Source: Gammaproteobacteria bacterium
GTDB lineage: Bacteria; Pseudomonadota; Gammaproteobacteria; GCA-002705445; GCA-002716945
Length of the DNA stretch: 64,000 nucleotides
Direction of reading: 5' to 3'
NCBI GenBank assembly: GCA_045561295.1
Contig: JBJKYD010000010.1
Coordinates: forward strand, 1 to 64,000
Part shown: positions 32,773 through 44,390 of the stretch, piece after piece
Layout of the letters: every line of letters begins with the position of its first letter
How positions within the stretch are numbered: the first letter of the stretch is position 1
Program-made: the position numbers and the translations under genes
The notes under the pieces: model-generated
Told to the model about the DNA's origin: nothing
The model's database searches: none
The model's input: the letters and a program-made list of their open reading frames with translations, nothing else

Positions 32773-34115
32773 TATATAATATTATCAATAATTTCCTTTG
32801 CTTTGGAAAGTGTATTCTCAGATCTGTGCTCTATGAGAATTCTTATTAGTGGTTGCGTTCCAGATTCTCTTATAAGGATTCTACCATCTTCATTTAAGAT
32901 TTCTTCTACTTTCTTAAAATTTGTATAATTATTTTTTATCCAAGACTCTTTGTCGGTTACTTTGATGTTAATAAGCTCAGATGGTATTTTCAATGATTCA
33001 GGATATAACTCATCAAGAGAAGAATTACTTGCTTCAAGTAGATGTATTATTTTAATTAGTGTGATTATAGCATCTCCAATAGGTATATTACTTGAGTCGG
33101 TATGAATTATGTGACCAGATGACTCGGAACCAATCTTTGCATTATGTTGAATAATTCCTTCTAAAACATTCTTATCACCCACTGCTGTTTCTATAAAGTT
33201 ATAACCCAATTTATCAAAGCTTGTTCTTATTCCATAATTTGTCATAACAGTTCCTACTATTGTTGAAGTGGCAGGAAAATTATGGGTGGATAAAATATAT
33301 AGAATTTCATCTCCATCTATAATTTTACCACTATCACTTATTAGTATAGTCCTATCGCCATCTCCATCAAAAGCTATACCGAAGTCAATCCATTCATTAT
33401 TATTTTTATCATGCTTCCTATTAGTATCTTTGACAAATTGTGAAAGGTTTTCTGGATAAACAGCTCCACAATTATGATTAATATTTTTTCCATTAGATAA
33501 GTTATTCAATAGAGCAAATGAAATATTATTAGGAACTTTTAGTGATTTGAATATATTTGAGACTGCTCCATTTGAACAGTCCAGTGCAATATTTAGTTTT
33601 TTCTTGAACTTTATATCTTTGGTTAACTTCTCTGAGAGATAATGTGAATAGAGATCCACAGTTGACTGGTCAACATTTAAATCACAATCAATTTCTTTTT
33701 GAAAATTATCTTGAGAATTAACGATTTCCTCAATTGCTTTTTCTTCATTTCTAGAAATTTTATACCCATTATAACCAAAAATTTTTATGCCGTTATCATT
33801 GTAAGGGTTATGAGATGCAGTTATTTGAATACCAATTGAATCTTGAGATGTATTATGCGAGAGAATAAAAGGTAAGGCTGGTGTAGGCAGCATTCCCAAA
33901 AACTTGATAGAATATGCTTTTTCAAAAAGAATACCTTCTAATAGATTTCTATAGACTGATTTAAATGATTCTCTTCCATCATGAGCAATATAAATATTTT
34001 TGATATTATTATCTAATATTTTACTCAAGGCTAAGCCTATTTTTTTGATTGTAGGGTTGTCCATTGGAAAATTTCCATATGTACCTCTAACACCATCTGT
34101 TCCAAATAACTTCAT
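32772..34115 (-). CDS. glmM: Phosphoglucosamine mutase
   Basis: FGTDGVRG, ITASHNP, DGDGDR, VGDK; folP-glmM-tpiA synteny. Confidence 0.93.
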   Translation of the reverse strand: MKLFGTDGVRGTYGNFPMDNPTIKKIGLALSKILDNNIKNIYIAHDGRESFKSVYRNLLEGILFEKAYSIKFLGMLPTPALPFILSHNTSQDSIGIQITASHNPYNDNGIKIFGYNGYKISRNEEKAIEEIVNSQDNFQKEIDCDLNVDQSTVDLYSHYLSEKLTKDIKFKKKLNIALDCSNGAVSNIFKSLKVPNNISFALLNNLSNGKNINHNCGAVYPENLSQFVKDTNRKHDKNNNEWIDFGIAFDGDGDRTILISDSGKIIDGDEILYILSTHNFPATSTIVGTVMTNYGIRTSFDKLGYNFIETAVGDKNVLEGIIQHNAKIGSESSGHIIHTDSSNIPIGDAIITLIKIIHLLEASNSSLDELYPESLKIPSELINIKVTDKESWIKNNYTNFKKVEEILNEDGRILIRESGTQPLIRILIEHRSENTLSKAKEIIDNII

Positions 34116-34912
34116 TATGAATTTCTAATTAGTTCTTTGAAGTTCAATAACATTTTAGTTTCTCTAACGTCATGTACGCGAAGAATGCTAGTATTATTTT
34201 TAATCGCTATTACTGATGCAGCAAGACTGCCGTAAAGTCTATCTGTTACAGGTTTATTAAGAACATCACCAATCATGCTTTTTCTTGATATACCTGAGAG
34301 GACGCGATATCCCATGTTACTGAACTTTTCTAAGTTATTTAATATCTCATAGTTATGATCCAATGTTTTGCCAAAACCAAAGCCTGGATCAATGATAATA
34401 TTACTTTTATCGATACCATGATTAATGCAAAGTTCCGCTCTATTTTTTAAATACCCATATATATCATCAACGACATTATCGTAAATTGGATTAATCTGCA
34501 TAGTTTTAGGAGTACCTAACATATGCATTAATGAAATAGATAATCTATTAGATTTTACAATATCTAGAAGGTCTTTATCTTCAAGAGAAGAAATATCATT
34601 TACAATGTTAATTTCATATTTTAATAAATGGGAAATTACTTTTGAGCTTCTTGTGTCTATGGATATAGGAATGTTTGAAATATCTCTTAAAGCTTCTACT
34701 AAAGGTTCAATTTTACGTATTTGATCTGTGCTTGAAACTGGGTCAGATCCTGGTTTAGATGATTCTGCGCCAATATCAATGATATCAGCACCATCATTAA
34801 TTAATTTTTTTGCGTGATCAATTGATGCTTTTAGGCTATTAAATTTACCACCGTCATAGAATGAATTGTCGGTAATATTTAAAACTCCCATTATTTCTAC
34901 TTTAGAATTCAT
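34115..34912 (-). CDS. folP: Dihydropteroate synthase
   Basis: MGVLNITDNSFYDGG, DIGAES, DPGFGF, SRKS, RVHDV. Confidence 0.96.
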   Translation of the reverse strand: MNSKVEIMGVLNITDNSFYDGGKFNSLKASIDHAKKLINDGADIIDIGAESSKPGSDPVSSTDQIRKIEPLVEALRDISNIPISIDTRSSKVISHLLKYEINIVNDISSLEDKDLLDIVKSNRLSISLMHMLGTPKTMQINPIYDNVVDDIYGYLKNRAELCINHGIDKSNIIIDPGFGFGKTLDHNYEILNNLEKFSNMGYRVLSGISRKSMIGDVLNKPVTDRLYGSLAASVIAIKNNTSILRVHDVRETKMLLNFKELIRNS

Positions 34913-34914
34913 TT

Positions 34915-35607
34915 TTAATTTCTGTTTAACATTTTATATTTTGCAACACGTTCTAAGAATTTTTTTTGAAACCATAGAAACTCATTATCTTTAATAATAA
35001 ATTCTTGAAATTCAAACTTAGGTGTACATATTAGTATAACGCCTTGTTTAATATTAGTATTATGTTGCAAATTATGAGCGAGTGCGTAGGCTGCAGTTTG
35101 TAGAAAGTAATCTGTAATCCACTCTCTTCTTTTCGTTTTTGTTGATGATTTAAAATCAATAATAGATTCCTCGTTATTATAAACCCCACATAAATCTGTT
35201 GTACCTGCGTGTGAATCCGGGTAGAAAAGCGGTGTTTCGCAACCCCAAATTTCATTTAATTTTTTTTCTAATGCTTGATCAAGAATAACCTGTGACATTT
35301 TCTTTTCATTATCATTCATGATATCAAAATCAAGTGCCTGTTTACCATGCAATGCATCTTCGAGATGCTTATGCATTTTATCTCCTCTCGACATAGATTC
35401 TTTTGATATTCGTGATGCTTCTATTTGCCCAACCTTTTCCTTCCATGCAATTAAGGCATCCTTATCTTTTTGAGATTTAGTTTTATCGAGAATAGTCGTA
35501 ACAGATGGTACTTTTTCACCATTTGAGCTATAAAATCTACCACCAGTTTTGTCTGTTACCCTGGAGAGATTACTATATGAAAATTTTTTATTCCAAAGAT
35601 GTAACAA
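34915..35607 (-). CDS. PD-(D/E)XK-superfamily exonuclease, phage/MGME1-like
   Basis: PSVTTIL, RGDKMH, AGTTD, IIDFKSS, YFLQTAAYA motifs; TTG start. Confidence 0.8.
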   Translation of the reverse strand: MLHLWNKKFSYSNLSRVTDKTGGRFYSSNGEKVPSVTTILDKTKSQKDKDALIAWKEKVGQIEASRISKESMSRGDKMHKHLEDALHGKQALDFDIMNDNEKKMSQVILDQALEKKLNEIWGCETPLFYPDSHAGTTDLCGVYNNEESIIDFKSSTKTKRREWITDYFLQTAAYALAHNLQHNTNIKQGVILICTPKFEFQEFIIKDNEFLWFQKKFLERVAKYKMLNRN

Positions 35608-35612
35608 TCAAT

Positions 35613-35653
35613 TTAGTCCATGGTAGCTTTTTTTATATACTACCATGAACTAA
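35613..35653. repeat. 14-bp inverted repeat between ftsH and the nuclease gene
   Basis: TTAGTCCATGGTAG, 13-nt spacer, CTACCATGAACTAA; the one mismatch is a G-U pair in minus-strand RNA. Confidence 0.8.
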
Positions 35654-35663
35654 TTTTTAAGTC

Positions 35664-37574
35664 TTATGATGCAGGTGAAGCTGAAGGACTATCTTTTGAA
35701 GAGGTATTAGCCGGTTTACCAGATGAATCATTATCATCATCCGACCAACTATCAGGTGCATCAGGAACCTTACCATCCATAATTTGATCAATTTGTTCAA
35801 CATCAATAGTTTCATACTTCATTAGTGCGTCTGCCATCAGATGCATTTTTTCTAGATTGTCTTTGATAAGCTTCGTAGCTCTCTGATACTGATGATCAAT
35901 AATTTTTCTGATTTCAGAGTCTATAGAACTAGCTGTCTCATTCGACATGTTCTTACTTGTTTGAGATGCTGACTTGCCTAAGAATACTTCTTGTTCTTGC
36001 TCACTGTAGGCTAATGGACCCATCTTTTCAGAAAGACCCCACTTTGTTACCATATTTCTTGCTAAGTCCGTGGCTCTTTCAATATCATTTGAAGCACCAG
36101 TCGTTACCGCGTCATCACCAAAAATGACCTCTTCTGCAACTCTTCCGCCAAATAATGCTGCAATCATACTGTTTATACGTTGTCTACTGTTACTGTATCT
36201 ATCTTCTTCGGGTAAAAACATAGTAACACCAAGAGCTCTTCCTCTTGGAATAATGCTTACTTTATAAACTGGATCATGATCAGGAACTAACCTTCCTACA
36301 ATTGCATGACCTGCTTCATGATAAGCTGTGAGTTTCTTTTCATCATCGTTCATGACCATTGATTTTCTCTCACCACCCATTAGAATTTTATCTTTAGCTT
36401 TTTCAAAATCATCCATATCAACAATTTTTTTATTAGCTCTTGCAGCAAATAGTGCAGCTTCATTTGCAAGATTAGCCAAGTCCGCCCCTGAGAATCCAGG
36501 AGTACCTCTTGCTAACAGTTTAGGATTTACATCATTTGCTATAGGTATTTTTCTCATATGTACTTTGAGAATCTGTTCTCTACCACGAATATCAGGCAGA
36601 GGAACTGTAACTTGTCTATCAAACCTGCCAGGACGTAACAAGGCTGGATCCAACACATCTGGTCTGTTAGTAGCTGCAATTACAATAACGCCTTCATTAC
36701 CATCAAATCCATCCATTTCTACTAGCAATTGGTTGAGTGTTTGCTCACGCTCGTCGTTTCCGCCGCCTACACCTGCACCCCTGTGTCTTCCTACTGCATC
36801 GATCTCATCTATAAAGATAATACATGGAGCATGTTTTTTTGCAGTCTCAAACATGTCTCTTACTCTTGAAGCACCAACACCAACAAACATCTCTACAAAG
36901 TCTGAACCAGATATTGTAAAAAATGGCACTTTTGCTTCTCCTGCGATTGCTCTGGCAAGGAGTGTTTTACCTGTACCAGGTGAACCTGACATCAATACTC
37001 CTCTGGGAATATTACCACCAAGGTTTTGAAATTTTGCAGGATCTCTGAGGAAATCAACAAGCTCTTTAACTTCTTCTTTTGCTTCTTCTACTCCAGCAAC
37101 ATCCTTAAATGTAACTTTCACTTGATCCTCAGTTTGCATTTTAGCTTTACTTTTACCAAATGACATTGCTCCACCTCGGCCACCGCCGCCTTGCATTTGT
37201 CTCATAAAGAAGATCCAAACACCAATTAGCAGAAGAAATGGAAACCAATGTATAAATATTTGAGCCAGAAAAGATTGTTTTTCCGGAGCTTTCCCGCTGA
37301 TGCGAACCTTGCCTTTAATGAGTTCGCCTACCAATGCAGAATTATCTGTTTCAGGACTATAAGTTCTGAATGTTTCACCCGATTTGAATGAACCAGAAAT
37401 TTCTCTTCCTGCTATTGTTACTTCCTCAACCTGGCCGGTTTGGACTTGTTGCATAAAATCTGTGTAATTAAATTCTTGTGAGGCAGTATTTCTTCCTCCA
37501 ACTCCTGTAAATAAAGACATAATTACAACCGCAATTACTGTCCAAATAACTAAATTTTTGACTAAGTCTCCCAT
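35664..37574 (-). CDS. ftsH: ATP-dependent zinc metalloprotease FtsH
   Basis: [27 protein letters not shown]; two TM helices; SD AGGGAG. Confidence 0.98.
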   Translation of the reverse strand: MGDLVKNLVIWTVIAVVIMSLFTGVGGRNTASQEFNYTDFMQQVQTGQVEEVTIAGREISGSFKSGETFRTYSPETDNSALVGELIKGKVRISGKAPEKQSFLAQIFIHWFPFLLLIGVWIFFMRQMQGGGGRGGAMSFGKSKAKMQTEDQVKVTFKDVAGVEEAKEEVKELVDFLRDPAKFQNLGGNIPRGVLMSGSPGTGKTLLARAIAGEAKVPFFTISGSDFVEMFVGVGASRVRDMFETAKKHAPCIIFIDEIDAVGRHRGAGVGGGNDEREQTLNQLLVEMDGFDGNEGVIVIAATNRPDVLDPALLRPGRFDRQVTVPLPDIRGREQILKVHMRKIPIANDVNPKLLARGTPGFSGADLANLANEAALFAARANKKIVDMDDFEKAKDKILMGGERKSMVMNDDEKKLTAYHEAGHAIVGRLVPDHDPVYKVSIIPRGRALGVTMFLPEEDRYSNSRQRINSMIAALFGGRVAEEVIFGDDAVTTGASNDIERATDLARNMVTKWGLSEKMGPLAYSEQEQEVFLGKSASQTSKNMSNETASSIDSEIRKIIDHQYQRATKLIKDNLEKMHLMADALMKYETIDVEQIDQIMDGKVPDAPDSWSDDDNDSSGKPANTSSKDSPSASPAS

Positions 37575-37586
37575 AATACTCCCTTT

Positions 37587-37603
37587 CTTAGAATCATTCT
37601 AAG
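37587..37603. promoter_or_regulatory. Perfect 8-1-8 palindrome upstream of ftsH; candidate Fur-family (Irr/PerR-like) operator
   Basis: CTTAGAAT-C-ATTCTAAG immediately 5' of the ftsH SD. Confidence 0.5.
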
Positions 37604-37635
37604 TGTGACACTGTTAATTAATAATTTCAATAATA

Positions 37636-38247
37636 TCAGTCTTTATATCCATTACAAACAAAGAACACCTCATTACTGCTTCTTCTTGAGGAATCAGGCT
37701 TATAAGTTGCTACTTTGCTAAAAGACTGTTTCAGCTTTTCTCTTGAAAAATCATATGATGATCCAATGAAAAACTTCATAACTAAAACTCCATTTATTTT
37801 GAGTAAATCAGAACATATGCTAAGTATTGACTCAAGAATCTCAACGAAATTTGCCTGATCTACATCTTCTATACCACTAATGTTAGGGGCGATATCTGAT
37901 AATACAAGGTCTGCTTTGTTCATTTTAGCGTATATTTGACTTCTATCCGCCAATTTATTGATATCCCCTTTAATAAAATGTACGCCTTTGATTTTTTTCA
38001 TGTCAAGGAGATCTATAGCGACAAGATTTTTTTCCTTGAAGTTTCTGCTAACATACTCCGACCAAGAACCAGGGGCGGAACCTAAATCAAGTATGTTCTG
38101 AGAAGACTTAAAAATACTATATTTTTCTTGAATCTCATGAAGCTTATGAAATGCTCTAGATCTATAATTTCCAGTTTGGGATAACTTCACATACCTGTCT
38201 TTAGAATGTTTGTTAACCCAATTTTTTATACTTTTCTTTTTTGTCAT
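37636..38247 (-). CDS. rlmE: 23S rRNA Um2552 methyltransferase (likely ATG 38247; the ORF-track extension overlaps tpx)
   Basis: YRSRAFHKL, DLGSAPGSWS, SDIAPN, KPDSSR; upstream of ftsH. Confidence 0.94.
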   Translation of the reverse strand: MTKKKSIKNWVNKHSKDRYVKLSQTGNYRSRAFHKLHEIQEKYSIFKSSQNILDLGSAPGSWSEYVSRNFKEKNLVAIDLLDMKKIKGVHFIKGDINKLADRSQIYAKMNKADLVLSDIAPNISGIEDVDQANFVEILESILSICSDLLKINGVLVMKFFIGSSYDFSREKLKQSFSKVATYKPDSSRRSSNEVFFVCNGYKD

Positions 38248-38266
38248 ATCGGTATAATCTATGTTC

Positions 38267-38767
38267 ATGGCTAAAATAACATTGAAAGGTAATGAAGTTA
38301 ACACAAATTCTGATATCGTTACCAAAGGCTCAATTGCTCCGGACTTCATCCTTGTGGATTCTGATTTACAAGATGTAAATCTCTCTAGTTTTGATGGTAA
38401 AAATAAAATATTAAGTATTGTTCCTAGTCTCGATACGCCTGTATGTCAAAAATCAACATTAGTTTTCAATGAGAAAGTGGCAGGACTTGATGATACAGTG
38501 ATGCTAATTGTATCAAGCGACCTACCTTTCGCTATGAAAAGATTTTGCTCGAGCGAATCTCTTGCAAATGTGACGCCTGTGTCGATGATGAGGTCAAGAA
38601 ATTTTGCAAAAGATTATGGTGTTTTATTAGTAGATGGCCCGCTTTCTGGTATTACAACAAGAGCGATTGTTACAATCTCTAAAGATAACAAAGTACTTCA
38701 CTCAGAACTTGTAACTGAAATTGCTGATGAACCTAACTATCAAGCTGCATTAGACTCAATTAAATAG
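38267..38767 (+). CDS. tpx: Thiol peroxidase (atypical 2-Cys peroxiredoxin)
   Basis: ITLKGN, PSLDTPVC, DLPFAMKRFC, EPNY. Confidence 0.95.
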   Translation: MAKITLKGNEVNTNSDIVTKGSIAPDFILVDSDLQDVNLSSFDGKNKILSIVPSLDTPVCQKSTLVFNEKVAGLDDTVMLIVSSDLPFAMKRFCSSESLANVTPVSMMRSRNFAKDYGVLLVDGPLSGITTRAIVTISKDNKVLHSELVTEIADEPNYQAALDSIK

Positions 38768-38769
38768 TA

Positions 38770-39990
38770 ATGTCCTTCACAAAAAAAATCATTGTTGCAA
38801 TGATTTTAGGAATTATAGCCGGTATATTTTTAAATATATTTACTTATGATGTATCTGCAGATGATTCAATTGTTATAAATCTTTTTAGTGTAGTATCAGA
38901 TTTATTTATTTCTGCCCTCAAGCTAGTTATTATTCCCCTGATATTTTTTTCCATAGTTTGCGGCATAATATCATTATCTGATGATGTTTCACTTTCTAGA
39001 TTAGGTATCAAAACTTTATCGTTATATTTGCTAACAACTGTCATAGCTATTTCGTTGGGTTTATTATTTTCATCATTTATAGATTATGAACCAATTTTAT
39101 TATCAAATCTTGAGAGTGATGTTTCTATAGATAATATTGAAACTGAGTCAAATTTCTTCCCAACTAATATCTTTAAATCACTATCCAATGGAAATATCAT
39201 TCATCTATTAATTTTCTCTGTTCTAATTGGTATTGCAGCAAGTAAAGTTAAAGATAAAGTTAAAACTTTTGTTAATTATTTTCATGAATTTAATGCCGTG
39301 ATTAATGAGCTTGTAAAGATAATCATATCTTTTACGCCAATCGCAGTATTTTGTATTTTATCAAAAACATTTGCTACTCAAGGTCTTGAAACACTCACGC
39401 CACTAATGGGTTATTTTTTTACGGTCGTTTTTGTACTGCTATTTCATTTCTTTATAACTTTTTATTTCATGTTAAAAACTTTCACGAACCTAAGCCCAAA
39501 GAAATTTTTTATCAATATAAAAGACGTCATTGTTTTTACATTTAGTACATCCAGTAGCAGTGCATCAATTCCGTTTACACTTAAAGCTGCTAATGAGAAA
39601 TGTGGTATAAATAAATCGATAAGCAGTTTTACGATTCCATTAGGTGCAACTATAAATATGGATGGAACTGCAATTATGCAGGGTTGTGCGACATTTTTCC
39701 TGGCCAGTCTCTATGGTATTGATCTTGGAATGCCTGAAATACTTACAATCGTGATAACGGCAACAATTGCTTCCATAGGTACTGCGGGTATACCTAGCGC
39801 TGGAATAATAATGCTAACAGTAATTTTTACTCAAATAGGCATCCCTTTAGAGGGTATAACATTACTCTTAGGTGTTGATAGATTGCTTGATATGATGAGA
39901 ACCTCTATTAATGTGAGTGGTGACCTTTGTATAAGTTGCATAGTTGCTAATAGTGAAAATAGAATAGATGAGACTATTTTTAAATCTTAA
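38770..39990 (+). CDS. Dicarboxylate/amino acid:cation symporter (DAACS, GltP-like)
   Basis: [34 protein letters not shown]. Confidence 0.92.
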   Translation: MSFTKKIIVAMILGIIAGIFLNIFTYDVSADDSIVINLFSVVSDLFISALKLVIIPLIFFSIVCGIISLSDDVSLSRLGIKTLSLYLLTTVIAISLGLLFSSFIDYEPILLSNLESDVSIDNIETESNFFPTNIFKSLSNGNIIHLLIFSVLIGIAASKVKDKVKTFVNYFHEFNAVINELVKIIISFTPIAVFCILSKTFATQGLETLTPLMGYFFTVVFVLLFHFFITFYFMLKTFTNLSPKKFFINIKDVIVFTFSTSSSSASIPFTLKAANEKCGINKSISSFTIPLGATINMDGTAIMQGCATFFLASLYGIDLGMPEILTIVITATIASIGTAGIPSAGIIMLTVIFTQIGIPLEGITLLLGVDRLLDMMRTSINVSGDLCISCIVANSENRIDETIFKS

Positions 39991-42900
39991 TTAACAGTTA
40001 AAGACTCATGTCTTAGCTTTAAATCAACAGCATCAAAATCATCTATAAATTTAATTGCTTTACAAAAAGCTTTGGCTCCAGACACTGTTGTCGTTAAGGA
40101 TATTTTATGATTCTGAGCCTCTTTTCTTATTGAGAATGAATCTTTTATGGAGCGTGCACCCTCGGTCGTATTTATTATTAAATGAACTTCGTTATTTTTT
40201 ATCATATCTACAATATGAGGATGTCCATCTTTTACTTTATTAATTTTAGTACATGATACTCCAGATTCTTTGAGGTGAAGATAAGTTCCAGAGGTTGCGT
40301 AGATATCAAATCCCATATTTATAAGTTCTGCTGCTACTTCACATATTGGTTCTTTATCGTGATCTCTTACACTGATAAATACATTCCCAGTTTTAGGTAA
40401 AATAACACCAGCTGCTCTCTGAGCTTTAAAATATGCTTCACCGAATGATTTACCAAAACCCATAACTTCTCCAGTTGATTTCATTTCAGGTCCCAATAAT
40501 ACATCTACTTCTGGAAATTTAGAAAATGGGAAAACAGCCTCTTTAACAGAAAAATAAGAATTATTTTTTCTTTCTGTTGGTAAACTTAATTCCTTAATGG
40601 TAGCACCTGACATGACTAGAGCGCCTAGTTTTGCTAGTTGGAGTCCAATAGCTTTTGAGACAAATGGTGCTGTTCTTGATGCTCTTGGATTTGCTTCTAA
40701 TAAAAATATTTGATCATCTTTAATGGCGAATTGGGCATTCATTAAACCTATCACTTTTAATGCCATAGCTAATTTAGAAGCTTGATCTTTCAGTTCATCA
40801 ACGATTTTATCTTTAAGAGTGTACGGTGGTAGCGAACAACCTGAATCGCCAGAATGTATACCTGCTTCTTCTATGTGTTCCATGATACCAGCTACATAAA
40901 CATCTTTACCGTCGCAAAGAAGATCAATATCAACTTCTATAGCATCATTTAGAAACTTATCCAGAAGGATAGGCGAATCATCAGAGACATCTACAGCTTC
41001 TTTCATATATTTTTCTAAATCAGAAGTATTAGTAACAATTTCCATAGCTCTTCCACCAAGAACATAGGATGGTCTTACAACCAATGGGTAGCCTATCTCT
41101 TCGGCAGATTTTTTTGCTTCAGCAATATTGGTTACAGTTTCATTCATAGGTTGTCTTAAACCTAATGACTCAACCAAAACTTTAAATCTTTCTCTATCCT
41201 CTGCCAAGTCAATAGAATCAGGAGAAGTTCCTATTATTCTTACGCCACATTTCTCAAGTTCATCTGCAAGTTTCAAAGGTGTTTGTCCTCCATATTGAAC
41301 AATTACACCCCATGGTCTCTCAATGTCTATTATAGACATTACATCCTCTACTGTGAGTGGCTCAAAGTAAAGTCTGTCAGAAGTATCGTAGTCAGTAGAG
41401 ACAGTCTCAGGATTACAATTTATCATAATTGTTTCAAACCCAGCCTCTTTGAGTGCCATAGAGGCATGTACACAACAGTAATCAAATTCTATTCCTTGTC
41501 CAATTCTATTTGGTCCACCACCAAGGATAATAACTTTTTTATTGTCTGTAGGATTAGATTCACAAAAGTCAGAATATGTAGAATACATGTATGCTGTTGA
41601 TGATTTAAATTCTGCTGCGCATGTGTCAATTCTTTTAAAAACTGGGCTTATAGATTTGTCCTTACGGAAATCTCTAATATTTTTTTCGCTAGTGTTGTAT
41701 AACTTTGCTAATCTCCTATCGGAAAATCCGACTGATTTCATTGCATATACATCTTCTTTTGTTAGTTCAATTGATTTATCTTTTATTTTATTTTCAGAAA
41801 TAATGATTTCATATACTTGATTAAGAAACCATTTATCAATAAAAGACAAATTGAAAACATCATCTATGCTCATACCTTCTCTGAAAGCTTGTGCAACATA
41901 AAGAATTCTATTAGAGGATGGCGTTGATATTTCTTTGACTATCAAATCTTGTCTCTCTTTTGGTGACAGTGATTCTTCAAATATAATTTCATCGAATCCA
42001 TCTATACCAACCTCCAGTCCCCTCAATGCTTTTTGAAGAGATTCTTTAAAACAACTGCCAATTGCCATTACCTCGCCTACTGACTTCATTTGGGTTGTAA
42101 GATGAGAATCAGCCTCTTTAAATTTTTCGAATGCAAACCTTGGTATTTTGGTTACAACATAATCAATGCTTGGTTCAAATGATGAAGGGATTACATCTCC
42201 AGTGATTTCATTTCTTAGTTCATCCAAGGTATAACCGATAGCTAATTTAGCTGCAACTTTAGCGATAGGAAAACCTGTAGCTTTTGATGCAAGTGCAGAA
42301 GATCTAGAAACCCTTGGATTCATTTCAATGACATAAATTTTTCCATTATCTGGATTAATTGCAAATTGAACATTTGATCCACCTGTATCAACTCCAATTT
42401 TTCTAAGAACTTGAATAGACTGGTTTCTAAGGTTTTGATATTCCTTATCTGTAAGAGTTTGTGCTGGAGCTATTGTAATCGAATCTCCTGTATGAACTCC
42501 CATTGGATCTAAATTTTCTATAGAGCAAACAATTATGCAATTATCATTCTTATCCCTGACAACTTCCATTTCGAATTCTTTCCATCCGATTACTGACTCT
42601 TCTAGAAGAACCTCATTCGTTGGTGATAAGTCTAGACCTCTTTTAACTATTTTCTCAAAGTCTTGTTTGTTGTATGCAATGCCTCCGCCTGATCCGCCTA
42701 ATGTAAATGAAGGTCTTATAATAATTGGGTAACCAATGTCTTTTTGAATCACTAATGCTCTATCAAAATCTTTAGCAACATAAGCTCTTGGTGTTTCAAG
42801 ACCAATATCTGTCATCGCATTTTTAAAGAGTTCTCTATCCTCAGCCATATCAATAGAATCAACGCTTGCTCCAATTATCTTGACATTATATTTTTCAAGA

Positions 42901-43220
42901 ATCTTATGTCTATTGAGATCTAATGTTGTGTTAAGCGCAGTCTGACCACCCATGGTTGGAAGAATTGCATCTGGTTTTTCTATAGCAATAATTTTTTCTA
43001 TATTCCTCCAATGTATTGGTTCAATATAAATTTTATCTGCCATATCAGGATCAGTCATGATTGTAGCAGGGTTAGAATTTACAAGAATAGTTTTTATACC
43101 CTCTTCTCTAAGAGCTTTACATGCTTGAACACCAGAGTAATCAAATTCACATGCCTGACCGATAATAATTGGCCCTGCACCGATTACCAAAATACTATTT
43201 ATTCCGTTTTCTTTAGGCAT
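39987..43220 (-). CDS. carB: Carbamoyl-phosphate synthase large subunit
   Basis: [29 protein letters not shown], duplicated ATP-grasp and MGS domain; 1077 aa. Confidence 0.99.
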   Translation of the reverse strand: MPKENGINSILVIGAGPIIIGQACEFDYSGVQACKALREEGIKTILVNSNPATIMTDPDMADKIYIEPIHWRNIEKIIAIEKPDAILPTMGGQTALNTTLDLNRHKILEKYNVKIIGASVDSIDMAEDRELFKNAMTDIGLETPRAYVAKDFDRALVIQKDIGYPIIIRPSFTLGGSGGGIAYNKQDFEKIVKRGLDLSPTNEVLLEESVIGWKEFEMEVVRDKNDNCIIVCSIENLDPMGVHTGDSITIAPAQTLTDKEYQNLRNQSIQVLRKIGVDTGGSNVQFAINPDNGKIYVIEMNPRVSRSSALASKATGFPIAKVAAKLAIGYTLDELRNEITGDVIPSSFEPSIDYVVTKIPRFAFEKFKEADSHLTTQMKSVGEVMAIGSCFKESLQKALRGLEVGIDGFDEIIFEESLSPKERQDLIVKEISTPSSNRILYVAQAFREGMSIDDVFNLSFIDKWFLNQVYEIIISENKIKDKSIELTKEDVYAMKSVGFSDRRLAKLYNTSEKNIRDFRKDKSISPVFKRIDTCAAEFKSSTAYMYSTYSDFCESNPTDNKKVIILGGGPNRIGQGIEFDYCCVHASMALKEAGFETIMINCNPETVSTDYDTSDRLYFEPLTVEDVMSIIDIERPWGVIVQYGGQTPLKLADELEKCGVRIIGTSPDSIDLAEDRERFKVLVESLGLRQPMNETVTNIAEAKKSAEEIGYPLVVRPSYVLGGRAMEIVTNTSDLEKYMKEAVDVSDDSPILLDKFLNDAIEVDIDLLCDGKDVYVAGIMEHIEEAGIHSGDSGCSLPPYTLKDKIVDELKDQASKLAMALKVIGLMNAQFAIKDDQIFLLEANPRASRTAPFVSKAIGLQLAKLGALVMSGATIKELSLPTERKNNSYFSVKEAVFPFSKFPEVDVLLGPEMKSTGEVMGFGKSFGEAYFKAQRAAGVILPKTGNVFISVRDHDKEPICEVAAELINMGFDIYATSGTYLHLKESGVSCTKINKVKDGHPHIVDMIKNNEVHLIINTTEGARSIKDSFSIRKEAQNHKISLTTTVSGAKAFCKAIKFIDDFDAVDLKLRHESLTVN

Positions 43221-44337
43221 TTTTCTTTTTCATATTGTCTATAAACTTTTTAAATAAATTATAAATATCTTGTGGGCCAGGACTAGCCTCTGGATGTCCC
43301 TGGAAGCCATATGCAGGAGTATCTGTTAATTCAATTCCTTGAAGAGATTCATCAAAAAGAGATTTATGCGTGATTTTATGGATGCTTTTTAATGAATCTT
43401 TATCCACTGCAAATCCATGGTTCTGACTGGTTATGTAAACCCTACTTGTATTAACATCAATTACGGGGTGATTTGCGCCATGATGGCCAAACTTCATTTT
43501 ATAGGTTTTTGCACCACTTGCTAAACACATCAACTGAAAACCTAAGCATATTCCAAAAATTGGTATTTGTTTTGATAATAAGTTTCTGATGTTGTTTATG
43601 GCATAGTCACATGCTGCAGGATCCCCAGGGCCATTAGATAGAAATACTCCATCGGGTTTATTTTTCAATACTTCATTATAAGTAGTCTCTGCAGGGACAA
43701 CAGTCACATCGCAACCCAAATCAGTAAGTATTCTTAATATATTTTTTTTAATGCCATAATCATAAGCAAATACTCTCAGCTCTTTTTGACCTTTTGAAGA
43801 CTCAACATTTACTAAATCGTGTGTTCCTTCATTCCAAATATATTGCTCTTTAGTTGTCACATTTTTTGCTAAATCTAATCCATTTAGACCTGGGAATTTT
43901 GATAATAAATCCTTTGCTTGATCCAATTTTTTTATATCTGGCACTATACATCCATTAATAGAACCTTTTTCTCTTAGAAGTGATGTCAAATATCTTGTAT
44001 CTACCGAACATACAGCAGAAATCGTTTTGTCCTTGAGAAATTCAAGAAAATTATTTTCGTTTCTCCAACTACTTTCTTTTGTAGGGTGATTTCTGATAAT
44101 AATTCCTGAGCATCCGTTATAGCTAGACTCATAATCATCGACATTAACTCCAGTGTTCCCAATATGTGGATTAGTAAAAGTAACGATTTGTTTATCGTAT
44201 GATGGATCAGTAATAATTTCCTGATATCCAGTCATAGATGTATTGAATACTATTTCACCTATGGTAATTGAATCATATCCAATTGATTCAGCAGGTATTA
44301 CCGTGCCGTCCGCTAGAAGAATCGCAGAAGATTTCAA
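43213..44337 (-). CDS. carA: Carbamoyl-phosphate synthase small subunit
   Basis: [27 protein letters not shown]; TTG start with SD AAGGA. Confidence 0.98.
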   Translation of the reverse strand: MKSSAILLADGTVIPAESIGYDSITIGEIVFNTSMTGYQEIITDPSYDKQIVTFTNPHIGNTGVNVDDYESSYNGCSGIIIRNHPTKESSWRNENNFLEFLKDKTISAVCSVDTRYLTSLLREKGSINGCIVPDIKKLDQAKDLLSKFPGLNGLDLAKNVTTKEQYIWNEGTHDLVNVESSKGQKELRVFAYDYGIKKNILRILTDLGCDVTVVPAETTYNEVLKNKPDGVFLSNGPGDPAACDYAINNIRNLLSKQIPIFGICLGFQLMCLASGAKTYKMKFGHHGANHPVIDVNTSRVYITSQNHGFAVDKDSLKSIHKITHKSLFDESLQGIELTDTPAYGFQGHPEASPGPQDIYNLFKKFIDNMKKKNA

Positions 44338-44358
44338 GTATTTTTCCTTGTTTTAAAT

Positions 44359-44390
44359 AAAAAAAAAGATGCCTCGATTCGAGTCATCTT
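44359..44390 (-). terminator. Intrinsic terminator about 20 nt upstream of the carA start (possible attenuator)
   Basis: AAGATG-A-CTCG-AAT-CGAG-G-CATCTT running into a T9 tract on the minus strand. Confidence 0.75.

Noticed and set aside
36328-37029. 233-aa plus-strand ORF and the many other short antisense ORFs in the track
   Set aside because: They shadow conserved genes (here ftsH) on the opposite strand and show no recognisable motifs
37604-37632. TTGAAA upstream of ftsH as a sigma-32 promoter
   Set aside because: No CCCCAT-like -10 at the required spacing
38248-38349. N-terminal extension of rlmE overlapping tpx
   Set aside because: Artefact of longest-ORF calling; family-like sequence begins at the later ATG (38247)
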